35,084 nt of DNA from Octopus bimaculoides (GCF_001194135.2 NC_069007.1:12143824-12178907), one strand, 5' to 3'. Counted from the stretch's first letter, positions 22,511 through 34,452 are shown. The notes: generated by a model from the sequence alone, not told the origin. Program-made: numbers and translations.

Positions 22511-22898
22511 TCTATTTTCTTATTTCTTTCTGTCACTAGACTGCGGCCATGCTGGGGCAACACCTTGGAGGGTTTTAGTCAAAGAAATCAAACCTTTTGC
22601 TTTTTTCTTTTTTTTTAGCCTAGTACTTATTCTATTGATCTCTTTTGCTGAACTGCTAAGTACAGGGATGTAAATATACCAACACCAGTTGTCAAGGAGT
22701 GGTGGAGGAACAAACACAGACACAACAACACACACCCACACGTGTATATACGATGGGTTTCTTTAATTTCCATCTTCCAAAACCACTCACAAGGCTTTGG
22801 TTGGCCCAAGGTTATTGTAGAAGACACTTGCCCAAGGTGCCACACATTGGGACTGAACCCAGAACTACATGGTTGGGAAGCAAGCTTCATACCACACA
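22511..22898 (-). mobile_element. SINE family B, full length
   Basis: Reverse-complement match to 6412-6814 and 27536-27902. Confidence 0.85.
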
Positions 22899-23261
22899 TT
22901 CAGAACCATTCATCTTGCCTTGCAGCACAACAGCCAAATGGTGATTCTGTTCCTAAATAATAGCAAAATTCTGACTGATATCCCTGGCTTTCCAGTGGAA
23001 TCTCATTTTGGATAGATTCCTATGCTAATTCCTTCAGCTCTTGGATAATCTTTTACCATGATTCTCTGTCAACTCCTCCCACTCTAGTCTGTCTTCTACA
23101 TTACCAATATACATTTTCCCTTTGTGGGTCAGTTTTGTGATGTCATTGATGACAGCTGGTACCATTTCTTTGTCAGATTCCAGGAGGCCCTTGCAGACTC
23201 ATGATTTTGTCTTCTTCCACACTCCATTCATCAAGTTCTTCATTACTTTCTTCATCTCAAG

Positions 23262-23444
23262 GCAGCGAGGTGGCAGAATCATTAGCACGCCAGGCGAAAT
23301 GCTTAGCGGTATTTCATCTGTTCTGTGTTCAAGTTTCACCAAGGTCAACTTTGCCTTTCATTCTTTCGGGGTCGATAAATCAAATACCAGTTACTAACCC
23401 CTTTCCCCAAAAATTTTCAAGGCCTTGTACCTAGAGTAGAAATA
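23262..23444 (+). mobile_element. SINE family A with internal deletions, complete head
   Basis: ggcagcgaggtggcagaatcattagcacgccaggcgaaatgcttagcgg...gtacctagagtagaaa. Confidence 0.85.
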
Positions 23445-23636
23445 ATTACTTCATCTCAGACTCTTCCTGATTTTGATGTAGCTTTCATGACACTGTGTAC
23501 TTGTTTTATCGATATCTGTTTATCAAATTGCTAAGTTATGTGTTTGACACAATGGGAAGCAACTTGACGCATTGGCTTGCATTGATAAACTTAGGCAGAC
23601 ATAAACTGAGAGACACACATATATATATCTATTTTT
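23307..23636 (+). repeat. Copy 2 (probable source) of the inverted duplication
   Basis: Reverse complement of 18383-18710. Confidence 0.92.
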
Positions 23637-23706
23637 ATATATACACACATACACACACATAAATGTAAGTACACATATATCACGTGTGTATAATTATGTA
23701 TGTATT

Positions 23707-23766
<60 letters not shown>

Positions 23767-23875
23767 ATGGATAGACTCTCCCGTGATTAGACGACATGAC
23801 AGTTCAGCAATATCTTGCCAAACAACCACACAGATGATTTGTTTATAGTGATCAAACGTTTGTATAGCCATAAGC

Positions 23876-24070
23876 TCATTCGCTCCATCAGATCAGTATT
23901 ACCTGTACAGGTGCAACAGGTGATGCATGTCAGATGACGAAATGATCACAGGGCAATGTGAAATGAAGTGCTTTGCTCAAGAATACAATGCAATGTTTGG
24001 TCTGGGAATTGAACCCACAATGTTGCAATCGTAAGTGCAACACCTTAACCACTAAGCCGTGTGCCTTCAC
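23876..24070 (-). mobile_element. SINE family F
   Basis: gtgaaatgaagtgctttgctcaagaatacaa...gggaattgaacccacaat...ccactaagccgtgtgccttcac. Confidence 0.8.
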
Positions 24071-24178
24071 ACACACACATAACTGTCCAACCCATGTCAG
24101 CATGGAAAATAGGTATTAAATGATGATAAAAATGTGTGTGTGTATTTATATATATATATGTTTGTGTGTGTGTGTATG

Positions 24179-24215
<37 letters not shown>

Positions 24216-24479
24216 ATGTATATGTATACATATATATATATATTAGTTATGTGTGTGTATTTATATACATATATGTATGAATGTGTATATGGGTTTGACA
24301 TACATAGGTACACATATATATAAAGAGAAGTATAGGTCATGTGTGTTTATGTTGTGGGAGACCCAAAGATCTTTTACATTTTATATTTTTTGTCAACATC
24401 ATCATCATCATCATCTTCTTCTTCTTCTTCTTCTTCTTCTCTTTCCTAGTTGACCTTTTGTATGTTGTTCAGTGGTGTA

Positions 24480-24810
24480 GGTCACATGTTGTTATTGCGG
24501 AGTGGCCTCAGGCCACGTCTGATGTCAAGTACACAGCCAAAATGATTAACTGCGACAATCAGACAAACATCTACCATGGCTGTCACCACCAATTCCACCG
24601 TCTGTATACAAACAGCAAACAAGGAAACTTCAGCATCCACTCGACCTGCTAGAAACAGCAGCCAAATCTCTCTCTTACAGTAATAGGAGTGGACACATTG
24701 GATAATGTGCTCTTGGATTCCTCAGATATAGGGGTAAAAAAAAATGGGGTGTTCATAGCTGGATTGCTTTTGTTTATAGGCCTCCTTGATCCAGGCTGAC
24801 CGGATGTTAG
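24480..24810 (+). repeat. Family G interspersed repeat
   Basis: ctagaaacagcagccaaatc...ggacacattggataatg...catagctggattgc, shared with 9835-10310. Confidence 0.6.
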
Positions 24811-25044
24811 ACAATAAGAACAGATAATCTATTACCAATATTAATTGCTGTGAGAAGCCTCTGAAAGGTTGCTTGATTCACTAGAAATAACAGCCATAAA
24901 GGGGTTTTTTTCTTCGAAGTATTTAAAATTATTTTGTCTTTAAAACATTTTAATTTTAAGAATTGATTTTGATTTTGAATTTTATTTTCAGTTTCCAAAA
25001 TTTACTTTCATTTCAAAATCTATATCTTTTCTTTTGAAATGTAA

Positions 25045-25195
25045 CTCTGGTTTCCCAACCACATGGTTCCGGGTTCAGTCCCACTGCATGGCACTTTGAG
25101 CTTGTGTCTTCTTCTATAGCCTTACGCCAACCAAAGCCTTGCAAGTGAATTTGGTCAGCAGAAACTGAAAGAAATCCATTATGTCTATGTATGTA
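25045..25195 (+). mobile_element. Family B SINE 5' fragment
   Basis: cccaaccacatggttccgggttcagtcccactgcatggcac...gaaactgaaagaa. Confidence 0.8.
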
Positions 25196-25489
25196 GCCTC
25201 CCTTGCGATAAATGCTCCTGGTTCTTCTATGCCACCCTTTGCCTGAACACCCACCTCAGATGCTGGCACCCTTTGCACCCACCAATATGAAGGGGCTTAA
25301 TTATTCACTATAGATTAATTACTGAGACACGAGTAATGCTGCTCCTGTCAATGATTATCATGTGTGTGTGTTTGTGTCTCTGTGCTTTCATATCACATGA
25401 TAGTCGTAAATGAGCATCACCATCATACAACCACGACGATGGTGATGCTGACAACAACAACAACACAATGGTAGTGGTGGATTGGCCTG

Positions 25490-25702
25490 TAAGAGTTGTG
25501 TGCCAGTACCACATAATAACCACTCATGCTGGTGCCACATTAAAAGCACCCAGTACACACTGTAAAGTGGTTGACATTAGGTAGGGCATCCAACTGCAGG
25601 ATCTGAACCAAATCAGATTTGATCCCTGGTACAGCTCTCCTGCTTGCCAGCTCTGGTCAAACCGTCTGATCCATGCCAGCTTGGAAAATGGACATTAAAG
25701 GA

Positions 25703-25736
<34 letters not shown>

Positions 25737-25765
25737 GGTGGTGGTGGTGGTAATCATGATGATGA
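25490..25765 (+). mobile_element. Family C repeat with (GAT)n(GGT)n tail
   Basis: ggtgccacattaaaagcacccagtacacactgtaaagtgg...ccatgccagcttggaaaatggacattaaagg. Confidence 0.8.
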
Positions 25766-25964
25766 CACCAGAAGATAGGATGGTCATGACTGGGTTGTCT
25801 TCAACCATGTGTCTCCTAGATCTAGGGCTAGCCTACAGCTAAAGAACAACATTAAATTATCACATCTCAAATTGTTTCTATATTCTGACATAATTCAATA
25901 AATTTGCAGGAATTTTACCAAATTCTTTCCTTTTTTAATTGTTTTTACATCTATTTCTGCCATT

Positions 25965-26062
25965 TATTAATTTCTCTCTTTTTGTTTCTTCTTCTTTCTT
26001 CTTCCAGGTAAGATTCTCCTCTTATTTTTACAATCAGTGACCTTTCAACCATGTAGGTAAGA
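25965..26062 (+). promoter_or_regulatory. Candidate recursive splice site / 49-nt RS-exon
   Basis: Branch-like TTAAT (about 25967-25971), 35-nt pyrimidine tract, CAG|GTAAGA at 26007/26008, second TAG|GTAAGA at 26056/26057. Confidence 0.4.
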
Positions 26063-26075
26063 TTTATTTTTACAT

Positions 26076-26450
26076 TCTCTTTCATCTTTCAACGGTTTCA
26101 ATCATCAGATTGTGGCCATGCTGGAGCATCGCCTTGAAGAACGTTTAGTCGAATGAATCGACCCCCCCCCACCAGTACTTTTTTTAAAGCCCAGTATTTA
26201 TTCTATCAGTCTCTTTTTACCAAACCACTAAGTTACAGGGACGTAAACAAACCAACACCAGTTCTCAAACAATATGCACACATACATATATATACATATA
26301 CGATCGGTTTCTTTCAGTTTCCATCTAGCAAATCCACTCACAAGGCTTTGGTCAGCCAAAAGCTATAGTAGAAGACACTTGCCCAGAATGCTTCAGTGGG
26401 ACTGAACCTTGAAACATGTGGTTGGGAAGCAAACTTCTTACCACACAGCC
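26076..26450 (-). mobile_element. SINE family B, full length
   Basis: Reverse-complement match to 27536-27902. Confidence 0.85.
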
Positions 26451-26512
26451 ATATATATATATCATTCCAGAATGGAAAACAGATGTTAAATGATGATGAT
26501 GATAAATATATG

Positions 26513-26670
26513 TATACGACAAGCTTCTTTCAGTTTCCATTTACCAAATCCATTCACAAGACTTTGGTCATCCCAAGGCTATAGTAGAAGGAACTTGCCT
26601 AGGGTGTCTTGCCATGGGACTGAACCTAGAACCATGTGGTTGGGAATCAAGCTTCTTGCCTCACCTGCAC
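26513..26670 (-). mobile_element. SINE family B, 5' half
   Basis: ttctttcagtttccatttacc...gggactgaacctagaaccatgtggttgggaatcaagcttctt. Confidence 0.8.
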
Positions 26671-27044
26671 CTACACAGTTTCTTTTTAGTGGAGTTTTTT
26701 TGTTTTTTCTTAATTTCCTTTTCTCATTTAGACATTCTGCATTTCAATTTTGACTTTTCATCACATATTCCATTGACAAGATCCCCATTCGGAGTATATT
26801 GGATGGATCCAGATTATCAGCCAAGTAGGAGACACTTGTTCTTAGTTATCAGGGTTATCTCTAGATCTTTGGGGGTTGGCTAGTTGACCCCAAATAGCTA
26901 TTGGGACGTCTGATTTCATTTCTTTCTTACACTGTTGCTTTTTCATACCTCATTGTTGTTTCATTTTCAAATTCTACATAAGCCACTAATGATTGCTTTG
27001 ATTTGTCCATGTCACATCTCCTCATAATAAAAGAAATCATCCTC

Positions 27045-27315
27045 ATTATTATTATTATTATTACTATTATTATTATTATTATTATTATTAATATTATTAT
27101 TATTATTATTTGACATCATCAGTCTTTAAGTTTCAATTTTATAAAAGGCAAAAAGAAAAAGACAGAAAAAATGTCATTCCATCAACATGTGGACACTGGT
27201 TGTTCTCGTCCATACTTTAAATTAAAATTTCTGTAATTTTGAATTTTTATCACTTATTATTATTATTGTTGTTGTTGTTGTTGCTGCTGCTGCTGTTATT
27301 ATTATAATTATTATT
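27045..27315. repeat. (ATT)n and (GTT/GCT/ATT)n tracts
   Basis: Tracts at 27045-27110 and 27255-27315. Confidence 0.9.
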
Positions 27316-27316
27316 G

Positions 27317-27500
27317 AGTGAGAGAGCAGCGCATGCCATCATAATGACACTGGGGTAAAATATATGAAGCCCAGTATACCCATCTGATAAGGGTACACTG
27401 GGCCCATGCATCACACCCTTGTGTGCGTAACATGGTGATCTCATATCAAGATAAACAGCACATGACCTTGCAGGTGGGGCCCAGTTAGAACTTTCATCAC
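27317..27500. repeat. Family D interspersed repeat fragment adjoining (ATT)n
   Basis: gtgagagagcagcgcatgccatc...gacactggggtaaaatat...gcaggtggggcccagttagaa; recalled as a repeat, single copy in this window. Confidence 0.45.
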
Positions 27501-27535
27501 AGTCATATGAATGTATATACATGTATGTATATATA

Positions 27536-27902
27536 TGCGCAGGTGTGGCTGTGTGGTAAGTAGCTTGCTTACCAACAACATGTTTCCAGGTTCCATCCCA
27601 CTGTGCGACACCTTGGGCAAGTGTCTTCTGCTATAGCCTTGGGCCAACCAAAGCCTTGTAAGTGGATTTGGTAGAGGGAAACTGAAAGAAGCCTGTCATA
27701 TGTGTGTGTGTCTGTGTTTGTCCCTCCACCATCCATTGACAACTGATGTTGGTGTGTTTACATTCCCGTAACTTAGTGGTTCGGTAAAAAGACACCAATA
27801 GAATAAGTATTAGGCTTACAAAGAATAAGTCCAGGGGTCAGTTTGTTCGACTAAAGGCGGTGCTCCAGCATGGCCTCAGTCAAATGACTGAAACAAATAA
27901 AT
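27536..27902 (+). mobile_element. SINE family B, full length
   Basis: Collinear with 6412-6814 from head to tail. Confidence 0.88.
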
Positions 27903-27925
27903 TATATATATATGTATATATCCTG

Positions 27926-28497
27926 TGAATGGACAGAGATTTAGAGACTTATTACTTGAAGCCTTTGACGAAATAGAGGGGGATATAGCTTCATCCAATG
28001 TAGAAGACAACTGGACGTTTCTACTGGACAACCTGCTGAGGGCCACTGACCAGATCTGTGGATGGTACAAAGTCCCCTCTCAACCCAAAATAACGTTGTG
28101 GTGGAACAATGTCGTTGACAGCGCTATTAGACAAAAGAAACAGGCTTGGAAAGACTGGATGAACGGTGGTAGCAGGGAATTGTATTAGACTGCCAGAAGG
28201 GAAGCTAGGTGGCAGGTTTATTTAGCCAGAGGGGAAGCAGATGAGAAAAAATTTGCCAATGTTCTGCGCTGTGAGGACCAAAGATTTGAGGTATTTCGTG
28301 TTGCAAGACAGTGTGTGAGAGAGAATTGTGATGTCGGAGAGAAATGTGCTTGCAGGGATGATAGTACACTTGCACTAAACGGGGCTGCAAAGAAAGAGGT
28401 TTGGAGATGCCACTACGAAAGATTGCTCAATAAAGAGAATGAATGGGAGAAAGAGAGTCTGCCGAATGTTGACCCATCAGATGGACCAGCTATCAAG
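27926..28497 (+). mobile_element. RTE LINE internal fragment (endonuclease-to-RT linker)
   Basis: Peptide EDNWTFLLDNLLRATDQICGW...WWNNVVDSAIRQKKQAWKDW...Y*TARREAR...VWRCHYERLLNKENEW, with a stop and a frameshift. Confidence 0.85.
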
Positions 28498-28514
28498 GTC
28501 TCATAGCTACAAAG

Positions 28515-28668
28515 TAATCTTCTTTCAGTTTTCATCTACCAATCCATTCACAAGGCTTTGGTCTGCTCGAGGCCATAGTAGAACACACTCACCCGAGGTG
28601 TCACACAGTGGGACTGAACCCAGAACCATGCAGTTGGGAAGCAAGCTTCTTACCACAGAGCCATGTCT
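28515..28668 (-). mobile_element. SINE family B, 5' half
   Basis: atctttcagttttcatctacc...gtgggactgaacccagaaccatg...cttaccacagagcc. Confidence 0.8.
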
Positions 28669-28939
28669 GCGCTAAAAACTTTAATAAAGCTCAGAGGCAG
28701 ACAAACATACTAACACATACACAAACAAAAAATACTCATGCATACACACACATTAAAAGCCGAAGACTCTCAAAGGGAAACTCCAAGTTTCACATTTCCG
28801 ATCGTTCTAACTTTGGTTAAACAACCAGAGTGTTGTGATACAAGAAGTTCCAGCTGCAAACAAAATATACACACCCTACTTTTGGTATCGATCGCTTTTT
28901 CTTCCTGCTAGTAAATACAAACGTTCACCAATCTACTCA

Positions 28940-29029
28940 TCTGTACATACATACATACAGACATGCATCTATACAAACATGCAAACATCATTACACATAT
29001 ACACATATTATACATGTAAATATATACAA

Positions 29030-29082
<53 letters not shown>

Positions 29083-29234
29083 AGTGGATGTCTGAGTGTG
29101 TGTGTGTATGTCCAATGAACATGTATTTCAATGTGTGTATATGTACACTTGTATATACATATATGTATGTTTATACATGTGTGTGCATATATATGTATAT
29201 ATACACACATATATATACATAGATACATACATAC

Positions 29235-29273
<39 letters not shown>

Positions 29274-29437
29274 TACACACATGCACACACACATATACAT
29301 ACATGCATACAAACACACTCACACACATGCATGCAGACCATATTTGTGTGATTGTAGCAAACTAGAGGTTGGTTCCAAGCCAATTATTTTAGGAAACAGG
29401 TATCAGAAAAGGAAAGACACACAGATAGGCAAAACAT

Positions 29438-29502
<65 letters not shown>

Positions 29503-29535
29503 TAAAGAGAAAAAGAGAGAGAGAGAGAGAGAAAG
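28940..29535. repeat. Compound (TA)/(CA)/(TG)/(GA) microsatellites
   Basis: Directly visible. Confidence 0.9.
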
Positions 29536-29999
29536 ACACTAAAAAACCTAAGGCAGTGATTTCATTTTTCCTTTCATTATTTATTTTAACCTATTTTTTT
29601 TTCCGTTTGTTATGGAGTTTAAAGATGAGATCTGCCAAGTATTCATTAGTGATGGTGCAGTTGGAAAAAGTAATATGCACACACATATATGCATACACAT
29701 ACATGTGCANNNNNNNNNNNNNNNNNNNNNNNNNNNNNNNNNNNNNNNNNNNNNNNNNNNNNNNNNNNNNNNNNNNNNNNNNNNNNNNNNNNNNNNNNNN
29801 NNNNNNNNNNNNNNNNNNNNNNNNNNNNNNNNNNNNNNNNNNNNNNNNNNNNNNNNNNNNNNNNNNNNNNNNNNNNNNNNNNNNNNNNNNNNNNNNNNNN
29901 NNNNNNNNNNNNNNNNNNNNNNNNNNNNNNNNNNNNNNNNTATACACTCATACACACACTCATATTGAAATACAAGTTCATAGGACCACACACTCACAT

Positions 30000-30630
30000 G
30001 AGCATCCCTATATATATACACATACACATAAACACACACTAAAGTACATGTTCATATGACACACCCACACCCACGGTGTCTAAATACACTATTACAAAAT
30101 AAAGCACCAATATTGACGTACATATGATCATACAACACACACACATTCTATGCTGGCAGAATGTGCATACACATACACATTCCAACATATAAACACATTG
30201 ACATGAATATATATATTGTAAATCTCTCAAATACTATGTACACACACATACGCACGCACACACACACACACACATACGCACGCACACACATACTGTTATC
30301 ACATAAACACATAAATATGATCATAGAGTGTACTCCCTCACAGGCCACACACACGCACTCTCACACTCATTCTCTCTCACACACACACTCACGAACGCAT
30401 GCATGCAAGCGCACACTTACATACATAAACACACTCACACACATAGACACACACACTCACCACATAAACACACTCACACACACAATCACACGCACACACA
30501 CCCACTCACACATAAATACATGTACATAAGCACACACACATACACACAGACACATGTACTGTTATCACATAAACACAGATATGACCATAGAGTATAACTC
30601 CCTCACGGGCCATGCACACACACTCACACT

Positions 30631-30661
<31 letters not shown>

Positions 30662-30690
30662 TATACCATACAAACGCACAGATACCAACG
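30000..30690. repeat. CA-rich simple repeat containing a duplicated roughly 65-bp unit
   Basis: tactgttatcacataaacac...catagagt...ctccctcac at about 30290-30345 and 30557-30610. Confidence 0.8.
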
Positions 30691-30744
30691 CAATACCATG
30701 CGACTCCCTCACGTCGCACAATGGATCTCTCAACGGTCTTGATG

Positions 30745-30920
30745 ATGTGTTTTCCTGTTGTTCAATCAACTGAATTGCTTCTTATTGATTGCATATCAAC
30801 ACATAAGTGGCTGAGGGTTCCACAGACACATGTGCTGTTAATGTATGTAATCATGAACCTGAACCAATGTGACACGGTAAATGGGACATGATTTGTCCAT
30901 TTGAATTATAAGTGCAGCCT
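30745..30920 (+). repeat. Diverged family E interspersed repeat
   Basis: aagtggctgagggttccacagacacatgtgc...gtgacac...catttgaatta; recalled as a repeat, single copy in this window. Confidence 0.4.
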
Positions 30921-30938
30921 CTGTGTGTATGTATATAT

Positions 30939-30996
<58 letters not shown>

Positions 30997-32229
30997 NNNN
31001 NNNNNNNNNNNNNNNNNNNNNNNNNNNNNNNNNNNNNNNNNNNNNNNNNNNNNNNNNNNNNNNNNNNNNNNNNNNNNNNNNNNNNNNNNNNNNNNNNNNN
31101 NNNNNNNNNNNNNNNNNNNNNNNNNNNNNNNNNNNNNNNNNNNNNNNNNNNNNNNNNNNNNNNNNNNNNNNNNNNNNNNNNNNNNNNNNNNNNNNNNNNN
31201 NNNNNNNNNNNNNNNNNNNNNNNNNNNNNNNNNNNNNNNNNNNNNNNNNNNNNNNNNNNNNNNNNNNNNNNNNNNNNNNNNNNNNNNNNNNNNNNNNNNN
31301 NNNNNNNNNNNNNNNNNNNNNNNNNNNNNNNNNNNNNNNNNNNNNNNNNNNNNNNNNNNNNNNNNNNNNNNNNNNNNNNNNNNNNNNNNNNNNNNNNNNN
31401 NNNNNNNNNNNNNNNNNNNNNNNNNNNNNNNNNNNNNNNNNNNNNNNNNNNNNNNNNNNNNNNNNNNNNNNNNNNNNNNNNNNNNNNNNNNNNNNNNNNN
31501 NNNNNNNNNNNNNNNNNNNNNNNNNNNNNNNNNNNNNNNNNNNNNNNNNNNNNNNNNNNNNNNNNNNNNNNNNNNNNNNNNNNNNNNNNNNNNNNNNNNN
31601 NNNNNNNNNNNNNNNNNNNNNNNNNNNNNNNNNNNNNNNNNNNNNNNNNNNNNNNNNNNNNNNNNNNNNNNNNNNNNNNNNNNNNNNNNNNNNNNNNNNN
31701 NNNNNNNNNNNNNNNNNNNNNNNNNNNNNNNNNNNNNNNNNNNNNNNNNNNNNNNNNNNNNNNNNNNNNNNNNNNNNNNNNNNNNNNNNNNNNNNNNNNN
31801 NNNNNNNNNNNNNNNNNATATATATATATATATATATATATAACTCTTTAACTTGTTTCAGCTTTAAAGCTGCGGTCATGCTGGGGCACCACCATTGGCT
31901 GTGCTACATCTTGTGGTCTTGGTAGTGGTTGTTGTTGTTGCTGTTGGTGGTGGTGGTGGTGGTGGTGGTGGTGGTGATGATGAGAATATGGACGGTGGTT
32001 GCTGCTCTGATAATGGTGGTGATGGGGGTTGATAGACCTTGATAATGATTATGATGATACTGGCAAATTTGTACTTGTGTTTTGTATCCAGTCACGTGTA
32101 ACCATATGGAAGGTTCCTCATCAGTCAGTCATGCTCCAAGTGTTGTCCAGCAGGGAGTATATTTCATTACCTGCCCACGGAAGGACACTAAATTCTCAAC
32201 TACCCCATAAACATATAAACACACACACA

Positions 32230-32950
32230 TTATCATTATCATTTAATGCCTGTTTTTCATACTGGTTCAACAAGACCTGGCATGTCAGGAGACTGTGCCA
32301 AGCTCTACCATCTCCTTTGGAATGGTTTCCTTAAGCTGGATCTCCTTCCAAATATCATCCACTTTACAGAGTGAATTGGATGCTTTTCATGTGGCACCAG
32401 CAAGGTCTGTTTTGGCATGGTTTCTTTGGATGTCCTTCCTAATGCAAACCACTTTACAGTGAATGCTGGGTGCTTTTCATGTGGCACCAGCAAGGTCTGT
32501 TTTGGCATGGTTTCTTTGGATGTCCTTCCTAATGCAAACCACTTTACAGTGAATGCTGGNNNNNNNNNNNNNNNNNNNNNNNNNNNNNNNNNNNNNNNNN
32601 NNNNNNNNNNNNNNNNNNNNNNNNNNNNNNNNNNNNNNNNNNNNNNNNNNNNNNNNNNNNNNNNNNNNNNNNNNNNNNNNNNNNNNNNNNNNNNNNNNNN
32701 NNNNNNNNNNNNNNNNTCATGTGGCACCAGCAAGGTCTGTTTTGGCATGGTTTCTTTGGATGTCCTTCCTAATGCAAACCACTTTACAGTGAATGCTGGG
32801 TGCTTTTCATGTGGCACCAGCAAGGTCTGTTTTGGCATGGTTTCTTTGGATGTCCTTCCTAATGCAAACCACTTTACAGTGAATGCTGGGTGCTTTTCAT
32901 GTGGCACAACCAGTAGTGAGGTCACCAAGGAACTTGCAAGTCCTGACCCC
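32230..32950 (-). mobile_element. Family C (RTE 3' UTR) copy containing a 90-bp tandem array
   Basis: The right flank gtcaccaaggaacttgcaagtcctgacccc is the reverse complement of a sequence similar to 13296-13325; the left flank is the family C tail. Confidence 0.8.
32381..32907. repeat. 90-bp tandem array, at least 4 identical units, spanning a gap
   Basis: Units at 32381-32470, 32471-32559, (32711)-32800 and 32801-32890, plus a partial unit. Confidence 0.95.
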
Positions 32951-33404
32951 ATCAGTTGTGCAGATGGGGTAGTATCAGGTACATGCCATCAGTAATTAAT
33001 CAGGGTAGGTAGTTAGCACCCTTTATGTAGTAAAACATGCAAAAAATAAGCGAAACACAGATGCATGACTGAATTGAAGGCAGATTTACTTCTACCTTTA
33101 TAGCACTTAAAGAAAACGGTGTTGTAGGAATGTACACAGCACATGTACTACACAGCACATGTACTACATAAAAGTACTATGTGTAGTTTTAATACTGCGA
33201 ATGAAAGACAGGGATGAATTATGCCTTCCTAATCTACAAACAAATAAAATATTTTGCGTTTTATTCGTTGTAATCAGAGTAACCTTCATAATTTTATTGA
33301 ATTGGGTGCTTATTTTACCATAAAAGGAAAATGTTGCTATTTTCCTCACATCTTTCTGTACCTTCCTCTTCAACAGGTTCCCCCCACAGTTAGAGATCGA
33401 CACT

Positions 33405-33825
33405 TCTTAACGCATCTGTCCTCATCCATACACATCACCAGCATAGTCTTCTCTCTTGCACACTACATCTGATACTTCTTATCCCCACTATATCTCTGAA
33501 GACATTTACTCTGTCATATGTGCACACCACCATTGTACATCCAACAAAGCATGCAGGGTTCATTTCTTCAAGCCTTTGCACGTCCTTTGCAATCACAGCT
33601 CATGTTTCACTGTCATGTAGCATAGCAGTATGTACACAGGCATCATACAGTTTGTCTTTCACTCTAAGGGAGAGACCCTTTGTTACAAACAAAGGTAATA
33701 GCTCTCTGATCTTTCTCCAGCCTGTTCTTAGTCTAGCAACTATATTTTCAGACCATCCGCCACCACTGTTCATTTGGTTACTTAGGAAAGAGAGACTATC
33801 TACTACCTCTAAGAATTACCTTGTT
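33405..33825 (-). mobile_element. RTE LINE fragment (end of RT to C-terminal region)
   Basis: Minus-strand peptide LEVVDSLSFLSNQMNSGGG...ARLRTGWRKIRELLPLFVTKGLSLRVKDKLYDACVHTAMLHDSET*...IRSIRCSVQERRLCW. Confidence 0.88.
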
Positions 33826-34130
33826 CATTTCAAGGAAATTTATTTCCTGTACCTCTTTATTGTATCTGAACCGTATCAGAACAATTACCCCCCATAGGAA
33901 AATTCGCCCTGATGACAACTACCCCCTAAAACAATTAGGGAGCAAGAGACCTTGTCAGAGACTTTCTCCATGTCAGTAAATGCAAAATACAGTGGTTTCT
34001 TTTTGCCTAATGGCTTCGCTTTTCTAAGAAAATAGCATCAGTAGTACTTCTTTCTAGCACAAAACCAAACTCCCTCTCTCAATTCATATATATATATTAT
34101 AATAATGATGATGATAATAATAATAATGAT

Positions 34131-34340
34131 AATATTGGTTTCAAATTTTGGCCCAAGGCTAGCAGTTTCAGGGAGGGGGCTACCTCGGTTACATCAACTC
34201 CAGTGCTTATTTTAGCGACCGTGGAAGGATGAACAGCAAAGTCAACCTCGGATGAATTTGAACTCAGAATGTGCAGATCAATGAAATGCTGCTAAACATT
34301 TTTCACCCAGTTTGCTAATGATTCTGCCAGCTCACCACCT
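34131..34340 (-). mobile_element. SINE family A
   Basis: aatattggtttcaaattttggcccaagg...gaatttgaactcagaat...ctgccagctcaccacct. Confidence 0.85.
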
Positions 34341-34348
34341 CAAAATAG

Positions 34349-34452
34349 AGTGTCTTGTTCAAGGACACACAACATACAGCCTATTCTGGGAATCGAACTC
34401 ACTACTTCCCGATTGTGAGCCTGACGCTCTAACCACTGAGCCATGCACCGTC
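34349..34452 (-). mobile_element. SINE family F head
   Basis: ttgttcaaggacacacaa...gggaatcgaactcactac...ctaaccactgagccatgc. Confidence 0.75.

Noticed and set aside
26090-26115. Minus-strand CTGATGA-TT-GAAA
   Set aside because: No room for stem II; it is the ordinary family B SINE tail.
4017-31925. ORFs of 100-340 aa containing X runs
   Set aside because: They are open only because they cross N gaps.
32085-32130. Minus-strand CTGATGA-GGAACC...GGTTAC
   Set aside because: GAAA is absent and there is no stem I partner.
32381-32907. Possible CRISPR-like array
   Set aside because: Units are wholly identical with no unique spacers, the context is eukaryotic, and there are no cas genes.
664-34452. 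tRNA-like A/B boxes at many sites
   Set aside because: They are SINE heads; none folds into a complete cloverleaf.
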